Positions 1 to 10,025 are shown, counted from the first letter of the stretch. The stretch is DNA of 64,000 nucleotides from an uncultured Eubacteriales bacterium (GCA_964592375.1 CAZQDP010000001.1:12751-76750); one strand, 5' to 3'. Numbers and translations are program-made. The notes: generated from the sequence alone by a model not told the origin.

Positions 1-854
1 GTGCAAGCAGTCCCAAAGCGGATGCAGAGGTCATTTCTTTGGCCGTCACCCTGCTCAAAGAAGTGGGACTGCAAAAGCTAAGCGTGCATATCAATAGCAT
101 CGGGTGCCCGGAGTGTAGAACCCAATATAATCATGTGTTAAAACAATATTTAGAAGGAAAAAGTGATTCGTTGTGCGGCCTATGCAAAGAGAGAATGCAA
201 CTAAATCCCCTGCGCGTATTAGACTGCAAGAACGAGCAATGCGGGGTGGTTGCGGATACTGCCCCTCGTTTGTGGGAATATATTTGCGAGGAATGTAAAA
301 ATCATTTTATACAGGTAAAGGATCAGCTTACCGGCATGGGAATAGCTTATGAAATTGACTATGGTATTGTTCGTGGGCTGGATTATTATACAAAAACAGT
401 TTTTGAAATCAAATCCTGTAGTTTAGGTGCTCAAAGCACGGTGTGCGGCGGCGGCAGATATGATAATTTGGTTACGCAGCTTGGGGGACCGGCTCTGCCC
501 GGCATTGGCTTTGGACTTGGCATTGAACGCTTGCTTCTTTGCATGGAAGCGGAAAATGTGCAAATGCCGAGCATGCGCACAGCGGATATTTACATTGCAA
601 CCATGGGAGAGGCAGCACAGCGCTTTGCAACCTTAGCGGTCTTTCAATTAAGGCAAAAGGGCTGTAGTGCGCAAATGGACTATATGGATCGCAGTTTAAA
701 AGCACAGATGAAATATGCTGATAAAATTGGCGCAAAATATACCATTGTCATTGGGGATAATGAACTGGCAAGCGGCCGCGCAGAAATGAAAAACATGGCA
801 AGCGGCGAAAAAGAAGCAGTGGCACTGGATGACTTTGAAAAATGGAAATGGTAG
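1..854 (+). CDS. hisS: Histidyl-tRNA synthetase, C-terminal portion; the gene starts upstream of the window. It covers the insertion domain, motif 3 and the anticodon-binding domain.
   Basis: The frame is open from the window edge (ASSPKADAEVISLAVT...). It carries the class II HisRS motifs LNSIG, GLDYYTKTVFE and GGGRYD, followed by an anticodon-binding domain. Confidence 0.85.
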   Translation, partial: ASSPKADAEVISLAVTLLKEVGLQKLSVHINSIGCPECRTQYNHVLKQYLEGKSDSLCGLCKERMQLNPLRVLDCKNEQCGVVADTAPRLWEYICEECKNHFIQVKDQLTGMGIAYEIDYGIVRGLDYYTKTVFEIKSCSLGAQSTVCGGGRYDNLVTQLGGPALPGIGFGLGIERLLLCMEAENVQMPSMRTADIYIATMGEAAQRFATLAVFQLRQKGCSAQMDYMDRSLKAQMKYADKIGAKYTIVIGDNELASGRAEMKNMASGEKEAVALDDFEKWKW

Positions 855-957
855 GCGCAGTTTAGATTGATTGTAGCGGCATTGCACTCGAAACCTTTTC
901 AAAAGGCAAGTGTAGCGGCGAGGATATATTTTTACGTAGCGAAAGGATGAAAAATGC

Positions 958-2766
958 ATGGAAAATCTTGTAGGACTTCAAAGAACCTGCTTATGCACCC
1001 AGCTATCCAAAGCGGATGTTGGTAAAACCGTCACGATGATGGGATGGGCGCAGAAGGTGAGAGATATTGGGCAGCTGGTGTTTATTGACCTGAGGGACAG
1101 AAGTGGTATTCTTCAGCTTGTAATCGAACAAACTGATTTGGCACTACTGGAAAAAGCCAAGGGTGTTCATATTGAATATGTCGTAGCGGCAGTGGGCAAG
1201 GTGCGCCCGCGCGCGGGGGGCGGCATAAACCCAAAGCTGCCAACAGGGGAGATAGAGGTTGAGGTTTGCGAGCTACGCATACTCAGCAAGTCAGATCCAC
1301 TTCCCATGCAGTGGAACGAGGAAGGAAATGTAAGAGAGGAGCTCCGCCTGAAATACCGATATTTGGAGCTTCGTCGCCCCAAGCTACAAGCCAATATTCT
1401 ACTGCGTCATCGCATTGCTAAGCTTGCAAGAGATTACTATGATCAAAATGGGTTTATTGAAATAGAAACACCGATTTTAACCAAAAGCACACCGGAGGGA
1501 GCAAGGGATTATCTGGTGCCAAGCCGTGTGCAACCGGGAAAATATTATGCATTGCCTCAGTCTCCTCAGCTGTACAAGCAGCTTTTAATGCTATCCGGCT
1601 TTGATCGGTATATGCAAATTGTAAAATGCTTCCGCGATGAGGATTTAAGAGCAGACCGGCAACCGGAGTTTACCCAAATTGACCTTGAAATGTCCTTTGT
1701 GAACATGGATGATGTTATTGATGTAAATGAACGGTTTATGCAGCTTTTATTTCAAGAAATACACAATATAAGCCTTCCCCTTCCACTTCCGAGAATGGTA
1801 TATCAGGATGCTTTAGAGCAGTATGGCTCAGACAAGCCGGATATTCGATTTGATATGAAGCTTATCAATATTACGCCTCTTGTACGCGACTGCGGATTTA
1901 AGGTGTTTTCCGATGCCGCGGCCACAGGTAGCGTTCGTCTTATCAATGCCAAATCACTTGCTGGGCGAATTTCAAGGAAGGAAATTGATAGCTTAGGTGA
2001 ATATGTGAAGACTTATCGGGCGAAAGGTCTGGCTTGGATTATGCTTAGCGAGGATGAAATCAAATCTCCCATAGCAAAGTTTTTAAGCCAAGAACAGATG
2101 GAAGCAATCCTTCTGGCGGCAGGTGCCGAAAAAGGGGATGTACTTTTCATTGTAGCGGATAAAGATGCGGTGGTATTTGATGCTCTTGGCAATTTGCGTT
2201 GTGAAATTGCAAAGCGATACGATTTCATTGATAAAAGTCAGCATGGTTTGCTCTGGGTAACGGAGTTCCCACTTTTTGAATATGACGAAGAAGAAAATAG
2301 ATATGCGGCAAAGCATCATCCGTTTACATCGCCGATGGATGAGGATATCGATTTACTAGAAACAGACCCTGCCGCAGTGCGTGCCAAAGCATATGATATC
2401 GTGATGGGCGGCGTAGAAATTGGCGGCGGCAGCATTCGAATTTACGATAGCACCCTGCAGCAACGCATGTTCCAGGCACTTGGTTTTACCACGGAGGATG
2501 CAATGGATAAATTTGGATATCTTATCGAAGCCTTCCATTATGGTACGCCACCGCACGGAGGCATGGCATATGGACTGGACAGGCTGGTGATGCTGATGGT
2601 GGGCGAAGAATCAATTCGTGATGTCATTGCATTTCCAAAGGTGCAAAATGCGTCGGAGCTGATGACCGGTGCACCTACGCACGTGGATCAGAAGCAGCTG
2701 GATGAGCTTTATTTGCGGAATACACTGCCTGAAGAAAATCAAAATTCCGAGGAGGAGAGGTTATAA
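958..2766 (+). CDS. aspS: Aspartyl-tRNA synthetase
   Basis: 602 aa. It has an N-terminal OB fold, the QSPQLYKQLLM motif, FRDEDLRADRQPEFTQ, GGGSIRI and GLDRLVMLL class II motifs, and a GAD insertion domain. Confidence 0.95.
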   Translation: MENLVGLQRTCLCTQLSKADVGKTVTMMGWAQKVRDIGQLVFIDLRDRSGILQLVIEQTDLALLEKAKGVHIEYVVAAVGKVRPRAGGGINPKLPTGEIEVEVCELRILSKSDPLPMQWNEEGNVREELRLKYRYLELRRPKLQANILLRHRIAKLARDYYDQNGFIEIETPILTKSTPEGARDYLVPSRVQPGKYYALPQSPQLYKQLLMLSGFDRYMQIVKCFRDEDLRADRQPEFTQIDLEMSFVNMDDVIDVNERFMQLLFQEIHNISLPLPLPRMVYQDALEQYGSDKPDIRFDMKLINITPLVRDCGFKVFSDAAATGSVRLINAKSLAGRISRKEIDSLGEYVKTYRAKGLAWIMLSEDEIKSPIAKFLSQEQMEAILLAAGAEKGDVLFIVADKDAVVFDALGNLRCEIAKRYDFIDKSQHGLLWVTEFPLFEYDEEENRYAAKHHPFTSPMDEDIDLLETDPAAVRAKAYDIVMGGVEIGGGSIRIYDSTLQQRMFQALGFTTEDAMDKFGYLIEAFHYGTPPHGGMAYGLDRLVMLMVGEESIRDVIAFPKVQNASELMTGAPTHVDQKQLDELYLRNTLPEENQNSEEERL

Positions 2767-2767
2767 A

Positions 2768-3916
2768 ATGAGTAAAGAAGTTGAAAAATCCACCACCCAG
2801 AATGTAATTGAAATTCAAAATCTCAGCAAGCATTACGGTGGCAATGTTGCGGTGGACAACATTAGTTTTACTGTAAAAAAAGGCGAAATATTAGGCTTTT
2901 TAGGCCCAAATGGTGCAGGAAAAACCACCACCATGAACATTCTAACGGGATATATATCCTACACTTCCGGTACGGTGAAGGTGGATGGATATGATATCTT
3001 AGAAAATGCAAATGATGCTAAAAAGAAAATTGGATATTTGCCGGAAAATCCACCTTTGTATATGGATATGACTGTACTGGAATATTTGGGCTTCGTATAT
3101 GACCTTAAAAAAGTATCGGAGGACAAAAAGCAACATATTGCAGAAGTGATGAAGCTTGTGGATGTTGAAAATGTAAAAGGGAGACTGATTAAAAACCTTT
3201 CAAAGGGTTATAAGCAAAGAATTGGGCTTGCGCAGGCGCTTTTAGGTAATCCCGAGGTGCTGGTACTGGACGAACCCACAGTAGGTCTTGATCCGAAGCA
3301 GATTATTGAAATTCGTAATGTTATTCGCCAGCTTGGCAAAAATCGCACCATCATTCTCAGTACGCATATTCTTCCCGAGGTCAGCGCAATATGCGATAGG
3401 GTGATTATCATTAATAAGGGCAGAATAGCCGCGCTTGATACAACCGATAATCTCACCAGCGGTATCAGTGGAAACGGCCGTTATGCACTGAGAGTTGCGG
3501 CGGATGAATACCAGATAAAGGGTGCATTTGCCGATATCAAAGGCATCAAATACTTAGAAGCTTTGGGGAGCAAGGAAAAAGGAACCATGGATTTTCTCAT
3601 CGAGTCTGATCCGGCGGTCGATGTTCGATACGAAATTTTCTCTGCACTTGCCGCCAAGGGATATACCATGCTGATGATAAAGCCCATGGAGCTTACCTTA
3701 GAGGAAATCTTTATTAAAGTAACAAACGACGGCTATGTGCCTGAGCAATCCGTCAAGCAAATGGAAGATGAACCATCGCCCACAGCAAAAAACGAGGAGC
3801 AAGATGCCGCGGCGAAGCAGGAGGAAGAAACGACACCTACGGCAGAAGCTTCGGGAAGTAAAGATATGGCGCTTGGTCAAGAGCCGGAAAGCCAGGAAAA
3901 GGAGAGTGCTGAGTAA
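2768..3916 (+). CDS. ABC transporter ATP-binding protein, GldA-like, with a roughly 100 aa acidic low-complexity C-terminal tail
   Basis: It has the Walker A motif GPNGAGKTT, the ABC signature LSKGYKQR and the Walker B motif VLVLDEPT. The ATG at 2768 follows the aspS stop, and the gene is followed by an ABC-2 permease. Confidence 0.85.
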   Translation: MSKEVEKSTTQNVIEIQNLSKHYGGNVAVDNISFTVKKGEILGFLGPNGAGKTTTMNILTGYISYTSGTVKVDGYDILENANDAKKKIGYLPENPPLYMDMTVLEYLGFVYDLKKVSEDKKQHIAEVMKLVDVENVKGRLIKNLSKGYKQRIGLAQALLGNPEVLVLDEPTVGLDPKQIIEIRNVIRQLGKNRTIILSTHILPEVSAICDRVIIINKGRIAALDTTDNLTSGISGNGRYALRVAADEYQIKGAFADIKGIKYLEALGSKEKGTMDFLIESDPAVDVRYEIFSALAAKGYTMLMIKPMELTLEEIFIKVTNDGYVPEQSVKQMEDEPSPTAKNEEQDAAAKQEEETTPTAEASGSKDMALGQEPESQEKESAE

Positions 3917-4620
3917 TGCTTGCAATATTTAAAAAAGAATTTATGGGGTATTTTTATTCTCCTATCGGATATATTTTTGTGGGTGTATTTTTACTGCTTT
4001 CGTCCATTTTTTACACCTTGATTGTACTCTTTGGGCAAACGGCAAATATGAACTACGTATTTTCCAATACAAATATAATTATGTTGTTCTTAATCCCAAT
4101 ACTTACCATGAAGCTCATTTCCGAAGAAAAAAATAAAAAGACAGATCAGTTGTTGCTTACCGCACCGGTGCATGTGAGTGAAATTGTACTGGGTAAGTTT
4201 TTTGCGGCGCTGAGTGTGTTTGGGGTAACCCTTGTACTGTCATTGATATATCCTGCCATTATGTTTATGTATGCCAAGCCCGCTATCGGAGAAATTGCGG
4301 GTGCTTATATCGGCGTGGCACTTTTATGGGTGGCTTTTATATCCATTGGCCTTTTTGTGTCGTCGTTTACGGAAAGTCAGATCATCGCAGCAATATTCTC
4401 ATTTGGTTCACTTTTGGTGGTCTATGTATGGGATTCGATTGTATCGCTTATTCAGCAACCGACCATTGCAAAAGCCGCCGGTTGGTTTTCGCTTACCAAA
4501 CGGTATTCGAATATGCAACTTGGGTTGCTCAGTGCTGAGGATGTAGTGTTTTATCTGAGCATCATAGTCATATTTATTATACTTACCATTTCAAACATTG
4601 AAAAACAAAGATATAAATAA
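3916..4620 (+). CDS. ABC-2 family permease, GldF-like
   Basis: About six predicted TM helices. Its start overlaps the ATPase stop (ATGA). Confidence 0.75.
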   Translation: MLAIFKKEFMGYFYSPIGYIFVGVFLLLSSIFYTLIVLFGQTANMNYVFSNTNIIMLFLIPILTMKLISEEKNKKTDQLLLTAPVHVSEIVLGKFFAALSVFGVTLVLSLIYPAIMFMYAKPAIGEIAGAYIGVALLWVAFISIGLFVSSFTESQIIAAIFSFGSLLVVYVWDSIVSLIQQPTIAKAAGWFSLTKRYSNMQLGLLSAEDVVFYLSIIVIFIILTISNIEKQRYK

Positions 4621-4638
4621 GCCGCAAAAATATAAGGG

Positions 4639-6069
4639 GTGATGAAGTTGAAAGATTTTTTTAAGAATTCAAAATTTAAATACGGCGTCAATGCCACCGC
4701 TATATCCGTAGGGGTGATTATCGGTATTATTTTGCTCAATCTGATTATCACAAGCATTGTGGCGAAATATCCGCTCAAGCTTGATTTTTCAAAGGACCAG
4801 GTGTTTGAGTTTTCGCAGCAGACGAAGGATATATTGAAGAGCCTCAGCAAACCAATCAACGTGTATGCCATGTATCCTGATAATTTGGAAAATGAAAACG
4901 TGAAGCAGGTCAAGGAGTTTTTAAATAAATATCAGGCCATGAGTGAGCAGTTTAAGGTGCAATATATAGACCCGGTAAAGGATCCCACTTTTCTTCGTAA
5001 ATACGAAGCAAAAGGAGAAACTGTAGGGGAAGGTTCCATCATTTTAGATGACGGCAGCAAGGCCAAGGTCATCGGTTTTAATGAAATGTTCTCTCAAAAT
5101 CAAAACACGGGAGAAACCTCCATTCTTGCAGAACAAAAATTGACAGCCGCCATTGCTTTTATGCAAGGGGAGGCAGGGAAGAATATTATTTATTTTGTAC
5201 AAGGACATGGAGAGAATGAAAACACAGGCCTTTCGCAGACATTATCACAGGAAAATTATGAAGTCAAAAATGTAAACCTTACCTCATCGGCAATACAAAG
5301 CGATGCGCTTGCAGTTGTATGCATCGCACCGGCAAGAGATTTTCTTGCTGATGAAATCACAAAGCTTGACGGGTACCTTAGCAAAGGCGGAAAAATATTT
5401 TTTGCCCTTGCACCTGGTCAGAGTGCAATGCCTAGACTGGAGAGTTATTTGCAGGAATGGGGCATTATTGTTCAAAACGATTTGGTTATCGAAGGGGATG
5501 CAAACAAAGTATACAGAACGTATAATCAGATTATTGTCGCTCCCGATATGCAACCGCATGATATTACCAATAAACTATTGGCACAAAATCTCAGCTTTTT
5601 TGTTCCCAACGGCCGCAGTTTTGAGATTAGTCAAAGTGCCGCCCAAGGAGCTAAGGTGACGTCACTGCTGAAAACCACCAACAATTCATGGGGCAAGGTG
5701 AATTTTCCGGTAAAGAGCATCACGCAAGAAGCGACAGACATAAAAGGTCCGCTAAACATAGCGGTGGTTTCCGAAAAGCTGTATGATAATTTTTCTGCGG
5801 CCAGGATTTTTGCACTAGGTAGCATTGAGGCACTCGGTAGCGAATTATTATCGGAAGCTAGCTATGCAAATGGAGACTTTATTCTCAATACATTCTCGTG
5901 GATGACGGAAAGAAAAGATCAACTCAGCATCCGTCCGAAGGTGATTAGTCCTGAAAAGCTTGTCATTACTCAGCAGCAGTCGGCCATTGCATTCTATGTG
6001 CTCCTGGCATTTCCCATTTTCATACTTGCAGCCGGACTCATTGTATGGTATAGGAGGAGATACCTTTGA
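4639..6069 (+). CDS. GldG-like accessory protein of an ABC-type uncharacterized transport system
   Basis: It has an N-terminal TM helix, a large extracytoplasmic domain and a C-terminal TM helix (FYVLLAFPIFILAAGLIVWY). Size and topology are typical of GldG. Confidence 0.65.
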   Translation: MMKLKDFFKNSKFKYGVNATAISVGVIIGIILLNLIITSIVAKYPLKLDFSKDQVFEFSQQTKDILKSLSKPINVYAMYPDNLENENVKQVKEFLNKYQAMSEQFKVQYIDPVKDPTFLRKYEAKGETVGEGSIILDDGSKAKVIGFNEMFSQNQNTGETSILAEQKLTAAIAFMQGEAGKNIIYFVQGHGENENTGLSQTLSQENYEVKNVNLTSSAIQSDALAVVCIAPARDFLADEITKLDGYLSKGGKIFFALAPGQSAMPRLESYLQEWGIIVQNDLVIEGDANKVYRTYNQIIVAPDMQPHDITNKLLAQNLSFFVPNGRSFEISQSAAQGAKVTSLLKTTNNSWGKVNFPVKSITQEATDIKGPLNIAVVSEKLYDNFSAARIFALGSIEALGSELLSEASYANGDFILNTFSWMTERKDQLSIRPKVISPEKLVITQQQSAIAFYVLLAFPIFILAAGLIVWYRRRYL

Positions 6070-7430
6070 GATTATATCGAAATCTTGCCATTATCGTTGT
6101 TATCATTTTAGCACTTGGCGCAGCATATATTTTTGTACAGAAGTTGCCGGATAAAAAGCCGGAGGTAGCGCAGACTCCCGCACCCACTGCCACCACAATA
6201 TCGTTATTTACAACAACAGTGGATCAAATCAAGCAGGTGAGTGTGAAGAATCCAAAGGAAAGCTACACTATTGTAAAAAACGGCGAGGCTTGGGGCGTAT
6301 TGGAGATGGATGGTGTAACATTCTTACCAACCGCTCTGGAGAGCGCAGTATCGGATTATGCCAGCATTACTGCGCTGATGAAGGTGGATGAAACGGCAGA
6401 GCGTAAGGCACAATTCGGCCTTGCCACGCCGGACGCCACAATTACCGTCACGTTGCAAGACGGGACCGCAAAAACCTTTCTTATCGGAGATAAAGTGCCC
6501 GGCCTTAGCGACAGATACATGATGGAAAAAGATGCAGGGGCCATTTATACCATTTCCTCTATTAAGGCACAGACCATCTATAAAACAACCAAGGATTTTA
6601 GAGATACTGCCATTGTCACCGGGAAAGTGGAGGATGTAAAAAGCTTTCAGCTCGTTGGCAGAAAAGGCATGATTGTTGACATTGCTTTTCGTGAACAGGA
6701 TGAGTCCAATCCATACAAGACACCTTTTGAAATGAAAAGCCCTTATCAATCGGGAGTCATTACAGAAAAGTTTGAAGAAGTCATCGGAAAACTTGTCAGC
6801 ATCAGTGCCACCTCATTTGGAGCAAATCGCCCCAGCGATGCAGATTTGGTGCGCTACAATCTTAAAAATCCTGAATTTAGGCTGAGGATGACCCTGTCAC
6901 AGACGCCGTATGTGATGCAGGTATCACGCGGTAGTGATGGCAAAATATATGCCATGGTGGACGGGAAAAGTTTTGTTTTCACCGTGGATGAAGCGGTATA
7001 CACCACATTATCTTCCGTGGATGCCTTTGCACTGATGGAAAAATTCGCGCACCTGTTTATGATAGATAACGTGGTGAGTGTTTCCGTAAAAGGCAGGGGA
7101 GTGGAGCATGAAATGCTTGTGCAAAGAGATAGCAGCGGCCAGATAAATAGCTACCTGCTTGATGGCAAAAGCATAGAGGAAAAGAAATTTAAGGGTGCCT
7201 ATGAAAAGCTGGTGAGCATACCGCTTGGCGGGGTTAACCAGAAGCAGAGCGATGGCGTGCCTGCATATACCATTGATGTAAAATATAAAGATGGTACAAG
7301 TGAGCAAATTATTTACAGTGAGCTTGATGAAAGAAATTATATACTCGTGAAAAACGGTAAAGGACTCCACACCGTTTTAAAATCAAAGTGGGAAGAGGCT
7401 TTGGCTGCCATCAATGAGGCGGCAAAATAG
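6066..7430 (+). CDS. DUF4340-like protein, the fourth gene of the GldA/F/G-type cassette
   Basis: It has an N-terminal membrane anchor and a long extracytoplasmic domain. It overlaps the GldG-like stop, in the same arrangement seen in Firmicutes cassettes. Confidence 0.55.
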   Translation: MRLYRNLAIIVVIILALGAAYIFVQKLPDKKPEVAQTPAPTATTISLFTTTVDQIKQVSVKNPKESYTIVKNGEAWGVLEMDGVTFLPTALESAVSDYASITALMKVDETAERKAQFGLATPDATITVTLQDGTAKTFLIGDKVPGLSDRYMMEKDAGAIYTISSIKAQTIYKTTKDFRDTAIVTGKVEDVKSFQLVGRKGMIVDIAFREQDESNPYKTPFEMKSPYQSGVITEKFEEVIGKLVSISATSFGANRPSDADLVRYNLKNPEFRLRMTLSQTPYVMQVSRGSDGKIYAMVDGKSFVFTVDEAVYTTLSSVDAFALMEKFAHLFMIDNVVSVSVKGRGVEHEMLVQRDSSGQINSYLLDGKSIEEKKFKGAYEKLVSIPLGGVNQKQSDGVPAYTIDVKYKDGTSEQIIYSELDERNYILVKNGKGLHTVLKSKWEEALAAINEAAK

Positions 7431-7446
7431 AGGAGGATTTTTGGCT

Positions 7447-8100
7447 GTGAGGCATTTATTAGAACCAACCTATTGGTTGTATATTTTACCTTCCATCATC
7501 ATTGCTTTGTCTGTGCATGAGTGGTCTCATGCGTTTATGTCCTATCTTCTTGGGGATAGGACTGCAAAGTACGATGGAAGGCTATCCCTTAATCCCATCA
7601 AGCATATTGACCCTTTGGGCTTTATCATGCTTATTGTGGTGGGATTTGGATGGGCACGCCCTGTGATGGTGGACCCTTCACAACTAAAAAATGGGCATAA
7701 ATCCATGCCATTTGTGGCACTTGCCGGGCCCATTTCAAACCTGGTGATGGCGTTTTTGTGTATATTTCCAACTATTTTACTGCAAGACAGCGGACGAATG
7801 ATTGTGCATTTTTTAGAAGTGCTTGTGGTAATCAATATCAATCTTGCCATCTTTAATCTACTGCCTATTCCGCCGTTGGACGGATCCAATGTGATTTTGC
7901 CATATCTACCCACAAAGATATATATTTGGGTATTGCAAAACAACCGGCTGATGATGGGAATACTCATTCTGCTTCTCTTTACAGGGTTTGGGATGCCGAT
8001 GCTTAGCTTTTTAAGCAGTAAGGTTCTAAACATCCTCTATTTTGCAGCTGATGGCATTCTTGGATTTTTGATGTCTTTTGGCAGCCATGGTTACATTTAA
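7447..8100 (+). CDS. Peptidase M50 family (site-2 protease-like) membrane metalloprotease
   Basis: It has the HEWSHA zinc motif (HExxH) and a later LDG motif, and is polytopic. The likely GTG start at 7447 sits 9 nt after the RBS GAGGAGGA; the ORF is open from 7414. Confidence 0.7.
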   Translation: MRHLLEPTYWLYILPSIIIALSVHEWSHAFMSYLLGDRTAKYDGRLSLNPIKHIDPLGFIMLIVVGFGWARPVMVDPSQLKNGHKSMPFVALAGPISNLVMAFLCIFPTILLQDSGRMIVHFLEVLVVININLAIFNLLPIPPLDGSNVILPYLPTKIYIWVLQNNRLMMGILILLLFTGFGMPMLSFLSSKVLNILYFAADGILGFLMSFGSHGYI

Positions 8101-8818
8101 ACTGGAGGTCTTTGAAGGACCGCTTGATTTGCTTTTGCACCTGATTGCAAAGAACAAGGTCAGTATTTATGATATCCCGATATCGCTCATTACAGATCAA
8201 TATCTCATAACCATTCAAAATATGGAGAAGATGGATATTGAAATTGCTTCAGAGTTTGTTGTCATGGCAGCGCAGCTGATTTATATCAAATCCAAAATGT
8301 TGCTACCTGCAGATGAGGACGAGGAAGTGAGCGAATTTCGCGAGGAGCTGGTGGACAGGCTGGTGGAATATCAAAAATACAAGCAGGCGGCAGGGCATTT
8401 TGGGCTAACACAGCATGCCGGCGCAAAGCTGTATTTTAAAGAGCCGGACAAGCTACCCATTCCCAAGCTTCCTCCCATAACACCGATGGAAATTTCGGTT
8501 CTTTTAGAGGCATTTGAAAGTGTACTCGAGAGGCAGGAGCGGCGTGTGGCACCAAAAAGAGAAGAATTTGAGGTGCTCATTCGGCCCGATACGGTAAGTG
8601 TTCGAAGCAGGATTGCTTATATTTTAGGGGTTTTTAAGAATAAGAAAAAAGTTGATTTCATGCAACTATTTCGGGATATCCACAATAGAGCAGAGGCAGT
8701 TGCCACTTTTCTTGCAATACTCGAGCTTATTGGCACCGGCAGAATGAAAACCGAAAAAATAGGAAATAGTATAATGTGTAATTTAGATGGTGATGAAAAT
8801 GACGATGAATATCTCTAA
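8078..8818 (+). CDS. scpA: Segregation and condensation protein A
   Basis: It has an N-terminus (FEGPLDLLLHLI) typical of ScpA, is 246 aa, and is followed by scpB. Confidence 0.85.
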   Translation: MAAMVTFKLEVFEGPLDLLLHLIAKNKVSIYDIPISLITDQYLITIQNMEKMDIEIASEFVVMAAQLIYIKSKMLLPADEDEEVSEFREELVDRLVEYQKYKQAAGHFGLTQHAGAKLYFKEPDKLPIPKLPPITPMEISVLLEAFESVLERQERRVAPKREEFEVLIRPDTVSVRSRIAYILGVFKNKKKVDFMQLFRDIHNRAEAVATFLAILELIGTGRMKTEKIGNSIMCNLDGDENDDEYL

Positions 8819-9335
8819 ACTCAAGGGAATACTTGAAGCAGTATTGTTTGCATCTGCTTGCCCGGTTGCATTAGAAGAGCTTGTGACCATCACAAATGAG
8901 GAAGAACAGTTTGTATTGCAGGCCATTATGCAGATGCAAAAGGAATATGAGAGTGAAGGCAGGGGCATTGCACTTCTGCGGCTTGAGAGCGCTTACCAGC
9001 TTTGCACAAAGAGCAGCTATTTTGAGTATGTGATAAAGCTCATTGAGCCCAGGCGTGTGCAGCCTCTTTCCAATGCCGCACTCGAAACGCTTTCCGTTGT
9101 TGCTTATAATCAGCCCGTAACCCGTTCAACCATTGAATTTGTCCGTGGCGTGAACAGTGACGGCGCTTTAGGTAGGCTAATTGAAAGAGGACTTGTAGAG
9201 GAATGCGGCAAGCTTGATACTCCAGGAAAGCCTTTGATTTATAAAACAACGGATGAATTTTTGCGTTGCTTTGGGCTTTGCTCAATAGAGGAGCTACCGG
9301 TCATTGATCATGTGCCTCTTACAAATTCGCAGTGA
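8793..9335 (+). CDS. scpB: Segregation and condensation protein B
   Basis: The ILEAVLFAS motif and the following winged-helix repeats are typical of ScpB. The start is ambiguous: there are in-frame ATGs at 8787, 8793, 8799 and 8805. Confidence 0.8.
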   Translation: MKMTMNISKLKGILEAVLFASACPVALEELVTITNEEEQFVLQAIMQMQKEYESEGRGIALLRLESAYQLCTKSSYFEYVIKLIEPRRVQPLSNAALETLSVVAYNQPVTRSTIEFVRGVNSDGALGRLIERGLVEECGKLDTPGKPLIYKTTDEFLRCFGLCSIEELPVIDHVPLTNSQ

Positions 9336-9377
9336 TGAAAAGCAGCTTTCCATCACCTCGTAAGAAAGAAGGCTAGT

Positions 9378-10022
9378 ATGCAAACTGCCATGATTATCAT
9401 TTTAATTTGTCTTATCCTTTTTGCCTTGCTTGCCATGTCTAGCGTTCGGTTTCATGTTTCTTTTTTTGTAGGTGACATGAAGGCAAATAGCGATTACACC
9501 ATTTGGCTAATGTATGGACTTATCAGGATAAAAAAACAAAAAGAATCTCGGAAGTCTTTAAAGCCGAAGAAAAAGAAAAAACCAAAGACTTTGAAGGATG
9601 AGCAAAAAAGCAGTAAAAGTAACATCATGCAAAGCGCGGGTGACTATATTTCTCTATTTATTGACCTCATCAAGCTACTTGCTCAATTTGTTAAAAAAAG
9701 TGTCGGTATTGAAAAATTCCATTTTTCCTGCATCTATTCCTCAGCAGACCCCTTTATCGATGGAATAACGTTTGCAGGCAGCGCAGGAGCAGGAGCTTTA
9801 CTCACGACATTGGTAGGGGATAATTTTAATACAAAAGATCTTTTTGTGGATATAAGGCCGGACTTTTCCGGCACAGCAAAGTGCCTCGTCACAGCAAAAA
9901 TTAACGGCGCAATGAAGGTGTGGAGCGTTTTTTGGCTCACATGGAAAATTTTAATGGATAAACATGCAAGGGCGATTATTAAAAATATCATCATGCCCGA
10001 GGAAAAAAATAAGGAGGAATAA
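9378..10022 (+). CDS. DUF2953/YtfI-like sporulation membrane protein
   Basis: It has an N-terminal TM helix and a Lys-rich linker, and is immediately followed by a YtfJ/GerW gene, matching the conserved ytfI-ytfJ pair. Confidence 0.5.
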   Translation: MQTAMIIILICLILFALLAMSSVRFHVSFFVGDMKANSDYTIWLMYGLIRIKKQKESRKSLKPKKKKKPKTLKDEQKSSKSNIMQSAGDYISLFIDLIKLLAQFVKKSVGIEKFHFSCIYSSADPFIDGITFAGSAGAGALLTTLVGDNFNTKDLFVDIRPDFSGTAKCLVTAKINGAMKVWSVFWLTWKILMDKHARAIIKNIIMPEEKNKEE

Positions 10023-10025
10023 ACC

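Noticed and set aside
427-959. Several 69-87 aa ORFs on both strands inside hisS
   Set aside because: They are antisense or out-of-frame ORFs inside a strongly supported synthetase gene. None has an RBS or motifs.
3735-3932. A highly basic 65 aa ORF (Arg/Lys-rich)
   Set aside because: It is an alternative-frame artefact of the GAA/AAG-rich sequence encoding the acidic C-terminal tail of the ABC ATPase. It is embedded in a well-supported CDS.
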